In this document: positions 19,717 through 29,297 of the stretch, in pieces
Numbering within the stretch: position 1 is the stretch's first letter
Layout: the number at the start of each line of letters is the position of its first letter
DNA from: Deltaproteobacteria bacterium
GTDB lineage: Bacteria; Myxococcota_A; Polyangia; JAAYKL01
DNA length: 64,000 bases
Direction: 5' to 3'
Assembly (NCBI GenBank): GCA_028713995.1
Contig: JAQTNF010000008.1
Location: 450 to 64,449 of the forward strand
The notes under the pieces: generated by a model
Told to the model about the DNA's origin: nothing
Seen by the model: the letters and a program-made list of their open reading frames with translations, nothing else
Databases searched by the model: none
Program-made: the position numbers and the translations under genes

Positions 19717-22700
19717 ACGGCTCCCCCGAGCTCGCCGCTCCTCTCCGGCGACGGCGGCGACGGCATGGCGGGCACCGAGCCCAGGCGATCGAGCTTGCGC
19801 CAGCCGTGGTGCATCCCGCGCACTGCGGCCAGCATGGCCTTGAGTGAGACGTAGTACATGATCTGGCGGTAGCTGAAGCGCTGGATGAGCAGGAGCGGCA
19901 GCCACCACTTGGGCTTCCTGTCCAGCCAGAAGGCGAGCAGCGACGCGCACATGTCCATGGCCAGGAACGCGATGTACCCGGCCAGGAACGCGTGCCAGTC
20001 CCCCCGGATGATGGAGAACACCATCACGGCGTCCCCGATCGGGCTCAAGGTCGGGAACAGGATCTGGAACAGCACGATGTTCGGCAGCCCGATGAAGCCG
20101 AGCGGGCCGCGGAAGAACGCCCGCCGGTGCTTCCACAGGCACTGGTAGGTGCCGTAGGTCCAGCGGAAGCGTTGTTTGAGAAACGCGCCCAAGGATTCGG
20201 GGGCTTCCGTGCGTCCGATGGCCTCGGACTCGTACACCACGCGTCCGCCCGCCCGGAGGATGGTGAGGGTGAGATCCGCGTCCTCGGTCAAGGTGTCCCG
20301 GCTGTACCCGCCCGCGGCCAGCACCGCCTCTCGCCGCCAGGCGCCCAGCGCACCGGGCACCACCGAGATGCAGTTCAACGCGGAAAAGGCCCGCCGGTCG
20401 AAGTTCTGGCTGGTGACGTACTCGATGGCCTGGAAGGCCGTGAGCCAGGAGTTCACGTTGCCCACCTCCACGTTGCCGCACACGGCGGTCACACGCGGAT
20501 CGACGAAATGGCGCACCAGCCGCGGGATGGCGCCCGGCGCCACCATCGTGTCGGCGTCCACCCCCACCACGACCTCGCCGCGGGCCGCGCGCAATCCGTT
20601 GTTGGCCGCCGTGGCCTTGCCGGAGTTCGGCTGGCGCAGCAGGCGCACGCGCGGATCCCGCCGTGCGATCTCCTCGACGATCTCGGCCGTGCGATCTTTC
20701 GAGCCGTCGTCGATGACGATGAACTCCGCGTTGGAATACTCAGTGGCCTGAAGCGAGGCCAGCGTGGTGGCGATGACCTTCTCCTCGTTGTAGGCCGGGA
20801 CAAGGACCGATACGAGCGGCAGGGACTCCTCTGCGGCCTTGGGCTTGTGCCGCCGCAGCAGCCATTGTTCGAGGAGCGCGACGCTTCCCAGGAAGAGGAT
20901 GCGCAGGGCGGCCATGGCCGTGCAGGCGAAGAAGAGCACGGCGATGATGGCGAAGGCCCAGGAACGCAGCCAGGCCAGGGTGGTGTGGCCCCACGAGATG
21001 AACCGCTCGCCCAGCGCCATGGGAGGCTCCAGCTCGCTGCGCGGCACGGAGAGCAGCCGGTCGAGCGGAACGATATCGTATCCCCGATGCCGCAGCTCGG
21101 GCACCAGCATGCGGACCGCCTCCACGGTCGCGCCGCGATCCCCGCCGCCGTCGTGGAAGAGGACGATCTGCCCCGCGCCGCGCCCGAGCTCCGAGACGAC
21201 CCGCCGTTCGATGGCCTTCGCGTCGAGCAGCTTCCAGTCCTGGCTGTCCACGTTGGCCCCCACCACCAGGTAGCCGTCGTCCAGGGCTCCGCGCATGGGA
21301 GCGAGGCCCTGCTCGTCGTCGATGATGACGTCGGCGGTGTATGGGGCGCGGAACAGGGGCGTGCGCCTCGCGGTGAGGCCCTCGATGAGGCGCTGGGTGG
21401 ACGTCAGCTCCGCCGCGGCCTCGCGCGGGGTGATGTCCTCCAGGTGCGGATGCGAGAAGGTGTGGTTGCCGATGAAGTGCCCGGCGTCGAAGGCGTCCTC
21501 CACCAGCTCGGGGAAGCGCAGCACCTGCTCTCCCACCACGAAGAAGACGGCCGGCGTTTTCGTCTTCTCGAGGACGTCCAGGATGAGCGGCGTCCATTTC
21601 TCGTCCGGGCCGTCGTCGAAGGTGAGCACCACCTGCTTCGGCCGCCCGCCACGGCGCTCCACGAGGAACCCGGTGGGGACCTGGGAGTAGACGCCGTTCA
21701 CGATTCGTCCGTCCGGCGCGATCTGGATGTCGCGGCGGCCGGGCTGCGGGCGGGAGCGGACGGTGAGCACCTCTCCTTGCCCGTAGAACTCCGCGGCCCG
21801 CCCGGCGGACAGCCTGGCGAGCTCGTCCGGCCGCGAAGGCGGGTGGTCCTGGCCCAGGAAGCTCCAGATGGTCTCGTCCTCCGTGCCCAGCCGCCACAGG
21901 CCGAAGCGGCTGATCTTGTCCTCGCCCGCGAGCTTGAGCTGGTTCCAGATCGCGAGGGCGTCTTGGAACCAGACCTCGTGGGTGTCGCCGTCCGCGTCCT
22001 TGTAGGCGAAGTGGCTGTTTCCCACGTCCTCGACGAAGTCGGGCTGGCTGCCGGCCGCGCGGGCCAGGTTCACCGCGGTGAGGAACGAGACGCCGTCGGC
22101 CAGTTGCTGCGGCCGGTTCGTGTTCCAGCCGTAGCCGTAGGCCCCGAGGATCATCACCAGCCTGTCGGCGGGGATGCGCGGCAGGATTTCGTCCAGGGAG
22201 GCCTCCAGCCATTTCCGGGAGGCGATCGGGCCCGGCACCGACGAGGGGAAGTGCTCGTCGTAGGCCATGACCATCACCGCGTCCGAGACCTTGCCGATGT
22301 ACTCGTAGTCGAACGCAGGGTCCTGGAACGGAACGTCCACGGTCAGGCGCATCCCGTGCTGGTGGAGCTCCTTGCGCAACTCGACCAGGAACTCGAGAAA
22401 GGGCTCGGAGTCCTCCGGCGCCAGATCCTCCAGATCCACGTTCACGCCCTCGGCCCGAAGCTCCCCGAGCCGCTGGCCGAGCTTCTTCACGATGCAGGCG
22501 CGGTTCTCGTCGTTGCGCAGGAACTCCCCGGTCTGCTTGCCCTGCCACTGGCCCTTGAAGAGGTTGGCGAGTCGCGGCAGCACGATCAGATCGGCGCGCG
22601 ACAGGAGCCGGCGAAGCCTTTCGCCGCTGCGCTCGATGAGCTCGCAACCTCGGCCGGACATCTCGAACCAGTCCGGCACCACCACGTCGAGCTGCCCCAG

Positions 22701-23075
22701 GTGCCGCTCCAGGGAGGCCACCGAGAGCGGGTCGTCCTCCAGGACGAAGGCCACCAGCGTGCCCTCCGCAAAAGGCATGGCGCCCTCCCGCGCATCCTTC
22801 ACCAGCCTGTCCCTTCGCCAGCGGTTCCGGGCGCGCATGCGGGCCAGCCGCGCGAACTGCTCTTCGGTAAAGCGCGGACTGATGTTGCGCTCCATGTCCT
22901 TGCGGACCTCGGCCGCCGAGATGAGCTTGTGGCGCGAGAAGGTTTCCGGAATCGGCGGAGGCACGAGCAGCCCCGAGACCACGAGGCCGGCGATCACGAG
23001 CCCGGTCAGCACCAGGGCCGAGAACAGCAACAGGACGTAGCGCCAGCGGCGCTGTTTGGGATCTTCGAATATCAT
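19713..23075 (-). CDS. GH18-like hydrolase + polysaccharide deacetylase (NodB/CE4) + GT2 processive glycosyltransferase fusion
   Basis: GVNVDLE and VMAYDEH (GH18); LTFDDGP, GNHTFSHP, LFRAPY, LFHDGGG (CE4); VPAYNEE, IDDGSKD, VDAD, TEDAD, QRFRW (GT2). Confidence 0.88.
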   Translation of the reverse strand: MIFEDPKQRRWRYVLLLFSALVLTGLVIAGLVVSGLLVPPPIPETFSRHKLISAAEVRKDMERNISPRFTEEQFARLARMRARNRWRRDRLVKDAREGAMPFAEGTLVAFVLEDDPLSVASLERHLGQLDVVVPDWFEMSGRGCELIERSGERLRRLLSRADLIVLPRLANLFKGQWQGKQTGEFLRNDENRACIVKKLGQRLGELRAEGVNVDLEDLAPEDSEPFLEFLVELRKELHQHGMRLTVDVPFQDPAFDYEYIGKVSDAVMVMAYDEHFPSSVPGPIASRKWLEASLDEILPRIPADRLVMILGAYGYGWNTNRPQQLADGVSFLTAVNLARAAGSQPDFVEDVGNSHFAYKDADGDTHEVWFQDALAIWNQLKLAGEDKISRFGLWRLGTEDETIWSFLGQDHPPSRPDELARLSAGRAAEFYGQGEVLTVRSRPQPGRRDIQIAPDGRIVNGVYSQVPTGFLVERRGGRPKQVVLTFDDGPDEKWTPLILDVLEKTKTPAVFFVVGEQVLRFPELVEDAFDAGHFIGNHTFSHPHLEDITPREAAAELTSTQRLIEGLTARRTPLFRAPYTADVIIDDEQGLAPMRGALDDGYLVVGANVDSQDWKLLDAKAIERRVVSELGRGAGQIVLFHDGGGDRGATVEAVRMLVPELRHRGYDIVPLDRLLSVPRSELEPPMALGERFISWGHTTLAWLRSWAFAIIAVLFFACTAMAALRILFLGSVALLEQWLLRRHKPKAAEESLPLVSVLVPAYNEEKVIATTLASLQATEYSNAEFIVIDDGSKDRTAEIVEEIARRDPRVRLLRQPNSGKATAANNGLRAARGEVVVGVDADTMVAPGAIPRLVRHFVDPRVTAVCGNVEVGNVNSWLTAFQAIEYVTSQNFDRRAFSALNCISVVPGALGAWRREAVLAAGGYSRDTLTEDADLTLTILRAGGRVVYESEAIGRTEAPESLGAFLKQRFRWTYGTYQCLWKHRRAFFRGPLGFIGLPNIVLFQILFPTLSPIGDAVMVFSIIRGDWHAFLAGYIAFLAMDMCASLLAFWLDRKPKWWLPLLLIQRFSYRQIMYYVSLKAMLAAVRGMHHGWRKLDRLGSVPAMPSPPSPERSGELGGAV

Positions 23076-23213
23076 CGCCGCCGGCCCGTACGAATACCAC
23101 ATATCGGGGTGAGCCGTGCATCCTCACGCTCCGCCCGGACACCGGGGCGTACAGCCAACCCGGATCGGACGGCGTGGTTGACGCACGACGCGGGGGGGAT
23201 AGACTCGCATTCG

Positions 23214-23831
23214 ATGAACGCGTTCGACGAAACGGTTCCACAGGATATCGGGAGCTTGGCCGAGCGGTGCGTGGCGCACGTGAGGCACAGGCTCGCCTTC
23301 GAGCTCGACTACACCTACGAGACCCTGGGGGTGCTCGACCACTTCGTAAGGCTCGTGGTGGCCGACGAGGGCGGCGGCACGGTCCCTCCGCCCGGGCACC
23401 AGCGCCGGGCGCACCTCGTGCACCTGCTCGCGCCCACGTTCGGGGCCTACTTCGGCGAGGTGGTGCGCCGCGCCTACCCGTGCCGCTGGCGCATGGACGG
23501 CGAAGATCCGGCCGAGTGGGCCCTTGAGTTCGACGAGATCTTCCTGCGCTTCAACCCGCTCGGGGCCGCGGCCGAGGCGCTCGTGGAGAAGCCTGTCGAG
23601 ACGTGGGGGGGCTCGCTCGCCACGTCGCCCGAGGAGACGCCGTTGCTCGCGGAGCGCCTGAGCCTCGCTCCGCCGCTGCCCGAAAATGAGTTCTACGCGC
23701 TCACGAGCCGCTTCGACGTGCTCCAGATCGCCGAGGATTGGCTGCGCTGCCGGCAGGCGGGCGCGTGCGGGGAGCCGGTCTTCTTCGGCCCCGAGGACTA
23801 CGATCTGGTCTTTTTGCCGGGCCCCTCGTGA
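23214..23831 (+). CDS. Hypothetical protein (LDY..E.L..LD / GAYFGE / FNP type conserved family)
   Basis: 3' part of the 19992..23831 ORF with normal protein composition from ATG 23214. Confidence 0.65.
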   Translation: MNAFDETVPQDIGSLAERCVAHVRHRLAFELDYTYETLGVLDHFVRLVVADEGGGTVPPPGHQRRAHLVHLLAPTFGAYFGEVVRRAYPCRWRMDGEDPAEWALEFDEIFLRFNPLGAAAEALVEKPVETWGGSLATSPEETPLLAERLSLAPPLPENEFYALTSRFDVLQIAEDWLRCRQAGACGEPVFFGPEDYDLVFLPGPS

Positions 23832-23858
23832 CGCGGCTCGGCTCGGAGGATCAAGGAC

Positions 23859-25952
23859 ATGTGCGGACGACGACACGGTCTTGTGTGGCTCTTCGCGGCG
23901 ATCGGTTGCGCCTGCGCCACCCCGGCGCGCGGGCCGGCCGCGGGCCAGGGCGAGACGGCAAGCACCGCGGCGAGGGACAACATGCGGAGCATCATCGACG
24001 GCGCGAGGATCGACGCGGTGGCGGGAAAGCTCGTGGCGAAGCACGGGCGGACACAGGAGGAGCGCGTCCGTCGCGGCCTCGCCCAGGTGGCCCTGTTCTG
24101 GCGCGAGGTGGACGGCACGCCCGACGACTTCGAGGCGTTCTGCCTCGACCAGTTCGTTTCGGATACGGCGCGGCTCGACGGCGAGCTCGCGAGGTACGAG
24201 CGCAACATCGAGGCGATCTCCGGCCACGCGGTGGCCCTCGGGCGCTTCCTGCGCGAGCCCACGGATCTCGACACCGGCGAGCCCCTCCCGGTCGATATCC
24301 TGTTCGCCGCGTTCAACCCGTTCGACCACGCGTCCGAGGACGCCTTCCGCACGCGCGTGGCTTTTGCCGCCCTGCTCAACTTTCGCGCCTTTGAGCCCCA
24401 GGACTTGAAGGGCCTCACGCGCGCGCAGTGGGCGCAGGCGCGGCTCACGCAGGGCTACAGCCTGCGCATCCCGGGCGAGGCCCGGCAGGTCGCCACGCGC
24501 GCGTACACCGTGGCCGACGACTACATCGCCAACTACAACATCCATATGGGCCGCCTCGTGGCCGCCTCGGGCGAGCGGCCGTTCCCCGACGATCTCGTGC
24601 TCATCAGCCATTGGGGCCTGCGCGATCACATCAAGGCCATGTACTCCGATCCCGAGGGGAACCTGGCCCGCCAGCGGCTCATCGCGCGCGTCATGGAGCG
24701 CATCATCCGGCAGGAGATTCCCGCCGCGGTGATCGACAACCCGGACGTGGACTGGGACCCGGAGAGGAACACCGTGGCGGCGCGGCAGGGCAGCGGCAAG
24801 CCCGCGCCGTCCGCGGCCCGCGAGGACGATCGCCGCTACGCCGTGTGGCAGGGCGTCTTCAAGGCCGAGCGCGGCATCGACGCGTGGTCGCCGGTCTACC
24901 ACACGCTCATCTCGCGCAAGTTCGACCTCGAGCGCGAGATCCCGGAGAAGACGGTCGAGGGGCTGCTCGTCGACGTGCTGTCCGCGCCCGTGGCCAAGGA
25001 CGTGGCCGCGCTCATCGCGAAGAGGCTCGGCCGGCCCCTCGAGCCGTTCGACATCTGGTACGACGGGTTCAAGGCGCGCAGCGAGGTGGGCGGCGACGAG
25101 CTCGACCGCAAGGTGGGCGAGCGCTACAAGGACGTCAAGTCCTTTGAGGCGAGCATCCCGGACATCCTCAAGACCCTGGCCTTCACCGAGGAGGCGGCCT
25201 CGTACCTCTCGGGACGTATCCTGGTCGACCCGGCGCGCGGGGCGGGCCACGCGATGGGCGCGGGCATGCGCTCGGACCAGGCGCACCTGCGCACGCGCGC
25301 GCCGCGCGAGGGCATGAACTACAAGGGCTACAACATCGCCATGCACGAGCTCGGCCACTGCGTGGAGCAGACCTTCTCGCTCGACAAGGTGGACCACACG
25401 CTGCTCGCCGGCGTGCCCAACACGGCCTTCACCGAGGCGTTCGCATTCATGTTCCAGGACCGCGACCTCGACGTGCTCGGCATCGGCACGCGCGGCGAGC
25501 GAGAGAAGGCGCTCGCTGCCGTGGACACGTACTGGATGACCTTCGAGATCGCGGGCGTCGCGCTCCTCGACATGGCGTCCTGGCGCTTCATGTACGATCA
25601 CCCCGAGGCCACGCCGGCCGAGCTGCGCGAGGCGGTGGTCACCAAGGCGATCGAGATCTGGAACCGCTACTACGCGCCGGTGCTCGGCGTGAAGGACAGC
25701 CCGATCCTGGCCGTCTACAGCCACCTCGTGTCGGCCGGCTTGTACATGCCCGACTATCCCATCGGGCACCTCATTGAGACACAGCTCGAACGCTACGTGG
25801 AGGGCAGGAAGCTGGGGGCCGAGATGGAGCGCATGTGCGCGCAGGGCAGGATCACGCCGGACGAGTGGATGCGCGGAGCCGTGGGCGCGCCCATCTCCGC
25901 GAGACCTCTCATCGACGCGGCCACGGCCGCCGTGCCGAGGATATCGATGTAG
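23859..25952 (+). CDS. Lipoprotein with gluzincin-type zinc metallopeptidase motif (M3/M32-like)
   Basis: AAIG-C-A-C signal; HELGH followed about 22 residues later by FTEAFA; YxxDYxIG. Confidence 0.65.
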   Translation: MCGRRHGLVWLFAAIGCACATPARGPAAGQGETASTAARDNMRSIIDGARIDAVAGKLVAKHGRTQEERVRRGLAQVALFWREVDGTPDDFEAFCLDQFVSDTARLDGELARYERNIEAISGHAVALGRFLREPTDLDTGEPLPVDILFAAFNPFDHASEDAFRTRVAFAALLNFRAFEPQDLKGLTRAQWAQARLTQGYSLRIPGEARQVATRAYTVADDYIANYNIHMGRLVAASGERPFPDDLVLISHWGLRDHIKAMYSDPEGNLARQRLIARVMERIIRQEIPAAVIDNPDVDWDPERNTVAARQGSGKPAPSAAREDDRRYAVWQGVFKAERGIDAWSPVYHTLISRKFDLEREIPEKTVEGLLVDVLSAPVAKDVAALIAKRLGRPLEPFDIWYDGFKARSEVGGDELDRKVGERYKDVKSFEASIPDILKTLAFTEEAASYLSGRILVDPARGAGHAMGAGMRSDQAHLRTRAPREGMNYKGYNIAMHELGHCVEQTFSLDKVDHTLLAGVPNTAFTEAFAFMFQDRDLDVLGIGTRGEREKALAAVDTYWMTFEIAGVALLDMASWRFMYDHPEATPAELREAVVTKAIEIWNRYYAPVLGVKDSPILAVYSHLVSAGLYMPDYPIGHLIETQLERYVEGRKLGAEMERMCAQGRITPDEWMRGAVGAPISARPLIDAATAAVPRISM

Positions 25953-25986
25953 GGGGCGGCCCCCGTGCCACCCCTTTCGAGGATCC

Positions 25987-26337
25987 ATGAACCAGACGAC
26001 CGCAGCCCAGACCATCGCGACTACCGGCATCGCCGTGGCGACCGCGATCGTCGTGTTCGGCGCCGCGCCCGGCAGGGTTCCCGGCTCGTGGCATGGGGCC
26101 GCGGGCTACGCGGCGTGGGTCCTCGCGCCGTACGTCGCCCTGCTCCTCTACTTCGCCGCGGTGCGCAGCAGGCTCGGCGCAACCCAGATGCGCATCTCGC
26201 AATGGGGCGCGGGCATCACGGCCGCCTTCGGGCTCATCCTGCTCTTCGACGTGAACGGGTTCACGTGCCTGTTCATCCCCATGTGGCAGCTGTGCGTGTG
26301 CGCGGTGGTGGCCACCCTCAACGCGGCGATCAAGTAA
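25987..26337 (+). CDS. Small integral membrane protein (about 4 TM helices)
   Basis: Hydrophobic segments throughout; ATG 25987. Confidence 0.6.
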   Translation: MNQTTAAQTIATTGIAVATAIVVFGAAPGRVPGSWHGAAGYAAWVLAPYVALLLYFAAVRSRLGATQMRISQWGAGITAAFGLILLFDVNGFTCLFIPMWQLCVCAVVATLNAAIK

Positions 26338-26547
26338 GAGGCGGTCCCCGTGCCGCCCCAAGCTCGCGCCGTTGACGGAATGTCACGCGCGAGCCGCTGA
26401 GCGTGCCGTCCTGGACACGGAAGGCGCGGGGAGGCCCGTTTTTCGGCCCGATTTCGCGGGGCGCGGCGCGTGTCCTGCCCTGGCCCGGGGCTTGCAAAAG
26501 CCCTCCTTGCGGAGCCTCGAACAGGGCGGGCTCCCGAGGAGGAACAC

Positions 26548-26751
26548 ATGGTCGACGTGGGCGAAACGGTGATCCGAATCCGGGTGAAGAAGCTGGGTGA
26601 GGACTACGAGGGGCTCGTGCACTGGTCGGGCCGCATTTCGCGCGTGCGGTCGCGGGGCACGGGCCAGACACCCGAGCTGGCGGTGAAAGCGGCGCTCGCG
26701 CGGCTGGGTCTCACCCCTGCGGTTGCGGACGAAAGGAAACGGGCTGCGTAG
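26548..26751 (+). CDS. Small hypothetical protein, 67 aa
   Basis: Strong GAGGAGG RBS 7 nt before the ATG; beta-beta-beta-alpha pattern ending GQTPELAVKAALARL. Confidence 0.6.
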   Translation: MVDVGETVIRIRVKKLGEDYEGLVHWSGRISRVRSRGTGQTPELAVKAALARLGLTPAVADERKRAA

Positions 26752-26766
26752 GAACGGAAGGAGGGC

Positions 26767-27156
26767 TCACTCGCCGAACTGCTGCTCCTCGCGCTCCTGC
26801 TCCTCCTTGCACTTGATGCACAAGGTGGTCTCGGGGCGCGCCTCGAGGCGCTTGGGGGCGATCACGTCGCCGCACTCCTCGCACACGCCGAAGGTGCCGT
26901 CCTTGAGCTTGGCGAGCGCCTTGTCGATTTTCGCGAGGAACGTCTTCTCGCGGCCGCGCAACCGGAACTGGAAGGACTGGAGGTACTCGCTCGACGCGAG
27001 ATCCATCTCGTCCGGCAGATCCGCCTTGTCGAGGGTCATGTCGGTCTCGAGGGTCTGCTTCGCGTTCAAGAGGAGCTTCTCCCGCTTGTCGAGCAGGATC
27101 TTCTCGAACTTGTCCAGATCCTTCTGCTTCTTCTCTGTTTCCTTTTGCTTCGGCAC
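26767..27156 (-). CDS. dksA: RNA polymerase-binding protein DksA (TraR/DksA C4 zinc finger)
   Basis: DEMDLAS coiled-coil tip, CEECG..RLEARP..LCIKC; GTG start with GGTGGAGG RBS. Confidence 0.88.
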   Translation of the reverse strand: MPKQKETEKKQKDLDKFEKILLDKREKLLLNAKQTLETDMTLDKADLPDEMDLASSEYLQSFQFRLRGREKTFLAKIDKALAKLKDGTFGVCEECGDVIAPKRLEARPETTLCIKCKEEQEREEQQFGE

Positions 27157-27190
27157 GATCCCTCCACCAGCTTTCAAAAAGGGAGAAGCA

Positions 27191-27218
27191 ATTATTCCGG
27201 TCGGTTTTCCAATGTCAA
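27191..27218 (-). promoter_or_regulatory. Candidate sigma70 promoter for dksA
   Basis: Minus strand TTGACA-N16-AATAAT. Confidence 0.5.
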
Positions 27219-27366
27219 GGTTTTCCGGGCCGGGCAGTTGACATCGTGCGGTTCGTGGTGAATAAATGACCGCCGTGTTCATAAGGTCACTTCCCGGAAG
27301 TGGCCATTGCGCTCGGGATGCGCGTCGTCGATATTAGGCCGGGCGGGGCGAGGAGCAAAGACGAAC

Positions 27367-28794
27367 ATGAACGGCGGCCGACTCGCGTGGTTCACGGTCC
27401 TTCTCACAACCGGGCTTGTCCCGGTCGTGCCCGGCCGCGCCGCGGCGCAGGGCGAAAGCTTGCCGCCGACCAAGCCGGCCCTCGTCGCGGAGGAGAAGAA
27501 GCCGGAACTCCCGGCCATGACGCCCGGTCCGAACCTGACACTGGCCGAGGCGCTCGCCGCGGCCGACAAGCGCAACCTGAGCCTGGCCTCGGCCAAGGTG
27601 GAGATCGAGAAGGCGCAGGCGCAGCTCGACATGGCCTGGGCCCAGCTCTACCCCGCGGCCCAAGGCACGATGGTCTACATGCACAAGGACAAGGAGGACA
27701 GCTTCAGCTTCGCGAGCAGCCTGCCTCCGAGCCTAGCCGCCGGCATGCCCTCGGGCAAGACCGTCATCAGCCCGCAGGAGGATCTCAAGGGAACGGTGGG
27801 CGTGTCCCTGCCCCTCGTCAACGCGCAGGCCTGGATGACCATCGGCGCCGCGCGCTCCATGGTCCGGGCGGTGGAGCTGACCGTGAACAACGTGCGCCAG
27901 CAGCTCCTCCTGGGCGTGGTGCAGGCGTACTACGCCGCGCTCATGAACCGCTCGTTCATCGATCTCAAGGTGGAGCAGGCCTCTTCCGCGGCGCACCACC
28001 TGGACGTGGCCAAGGCCAGGTACGACGCCGGGACCGGGCTGCGCATCGACGTCATCCGCGCGCAGACCGACCTCGAGACCGCCAGACAGGAGCTCCTCAC
28101 GGCCAACCTCGCCCTCGACAACGCCCGCGACGCGCTCGCCACCCTGACCGGGACCCAGGGGCTGCCCATGCCCATGGACGAACCGGCGCTCGCCGTGCCG
28201 ACCGGCGATGAAGCCGAGCTGGTCGCGAAGGCGGGCCGCTCCCGCGCGGATCTGGTGTCCAAGAAGGCCATGGTGGAGGCGGCCGAGAAGAGCCTCGATG
28301 CGTCGTGGATGCAGTTTTTGCCCACCCTGGACGCGGCCTGGCAGCTCACCTACCAGTTCACCAAGCCCGGCGACCTGGGCTCCCCGGACCGAGCGCGTTG
28401 GGTCGCGCTGTTCACGCTCACGGTCCCCCTCTACAACCAGTTCCGCTACGCCGACCTCGATTTGAAGCGCGCCTCCCTGCGGCAGGCCATGATCCAGGTG
28501 GACGACGCGGATCGCAACCTGGCCCTGGAGGTGCGCAAGGCGCGCCGCGACTACCTCACCGCGCTCGCGTCCGTGGACATCGCCGACCGCCAGGCGCAGC
28601 TGGCCAAGGAGGCCCTGACCCTGACCGAGGCGTCGTACGAGGCCGGCACCGGAACGTCCCTGGACGTGACCGACGCGCGCCGCACCGCGAACGCGGCCGA
28701 GACCAACCTTGTGGCCCAGCGGCTCCTGGCCCAGATGTCGCTCGTGGCCCTCCTGCGCGCCGTGGGCGAGGACATGCTCGGTCTGGTTCGCTAA
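27367..28794 (+). CDS. TolC-family outer membrane efflux protein
   Basis: Signal peptide, LTLAEALAAA..N..L, AYYAAL, RYDAGTGLRIDV, SYEAGTGTSLDV repeats. Confidence 0.88.
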   Translation: MNGGRLAWFTVLLTTGLVPVVPGRAAAQGESLPPTKPALVAEEKKPELPAMTPGPNLTLAEALAAADKRNLSLASAKVEIEKAQAQLDMAWAQLYPAAQGTMVYMHKDKEDSFSFASSLPPSLAAGMPSGKTVISPQEDLKGTVGVSLPLVNAQAWMTIGAARSMVRAVELTVNNVRQQLLLGVVQAYYAALMNRSFIDLKVEQASSAAHHLDVAKARYDAGTGLRIDVIRAQTDLETARQELLTANLALDNARDALATLTGTQGLPMPMDEPALAVPTGDEAELVAKAGRSRADLVSKKAMVEAAEKSLDASWMQFLPTLDAAWQLTYQFTKPGDLGSPDRARWVALFTLTVPLYNQFRYADLDLKRASLRQAMIQVDDADRNLALEVRKARRDYLTALASVDIADRQAQLAKEALTLTEASYEAGTGTSLDVTDARRTANAAETNLVAQRLLAQMSLVALLRAVGEDMLGLVR

Positions 28795-28984
28795 CCTGTA
28801 GCGATGATCCGGTGGGGCTATCGTCCTGTTCCTCGGAGATCTTCAATCTTATATCTGGCACGTGGAGGGTAGCGCCCCCTCGTCCCGCGACCGTCCTGCC
28901 GTTTTTTTCGCAACTCTTCCCCTCTCCCGGCCGATGTGGGGTGCATGGCCGAGGCCCAAAGTTGCGCATAGACGCAAATCAAGG

Positions 28985-29005
28985 TTGACATATTGCATTA
29001 TAATG
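28985..29005 (+). promoter_or_regulatory. Promoter/operator region of the relE-HTH module
   Basis: TTGACA at 28985 and perfect palindrome CATTATAATG at 28996-29005 containing TATAAT; -35/-10 spacing not canonical. Confidence 0.5.
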
Positions 29006-29031
29006 AACATTCTGAGGATCGGTAGGCTCGC

Positions 29032-29289
29032 GTGGCGTACCGGGTGCAGATCAAGGAGTCCGCGCTCAAGGCGCTGAAGAGGTTGCCTCGACCGATTCAT
29101 GTGCGCGCCTGGGAGGCGATCTCCGATCTGGCCGACGACCCTCGACCGCGCGGCTGCAGGAAGCTCGCAGGAGAGGAGGATCTCTGGCGAATCCGGATCG
29201 GCAACTATCGCGTGGTCTATCAGGTGCTCGATGCCGTCCTGATCGTTCTCGTGGTCCGGATCGCGCATCGGCGTGAGGTCTACCGGTAG
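29032..29289 (+). CDS. relE: Type II toxin, RelE/ParE family
   Basis: AYRVQIKESALKAL, DPRPRGCRKLAG, WRIRIGNYRVVY, RIAHRREVY; GTG start. Confidence 0.9.
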   Translation: MAYRVQIKESALKALKRLPRPIHVRAWEAISDLADDPRPRGCRKLAGEEDLWRIRIGNYRVVYQVLDAVLIVLVVRIAHRREVYR

Positions 29290-29297
29290 GAGGTCGC

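Noticed and set aside
17998-20481. 827-aa version of the AlkP-superfamily gene
   Set aside because: The N-terminal 255 codons overlap the GT2 gene out of frame; the real start is 19716
19992-23831. 1279-aa plus-strand ORF
   Set aside because: Shadow of the glycosyltransferase; only 23214..23831 is credible
28849-29268. 139-aa ORF antisense to relE
   Set aside because: Typical antisense shadow of RelE genes; no independent support
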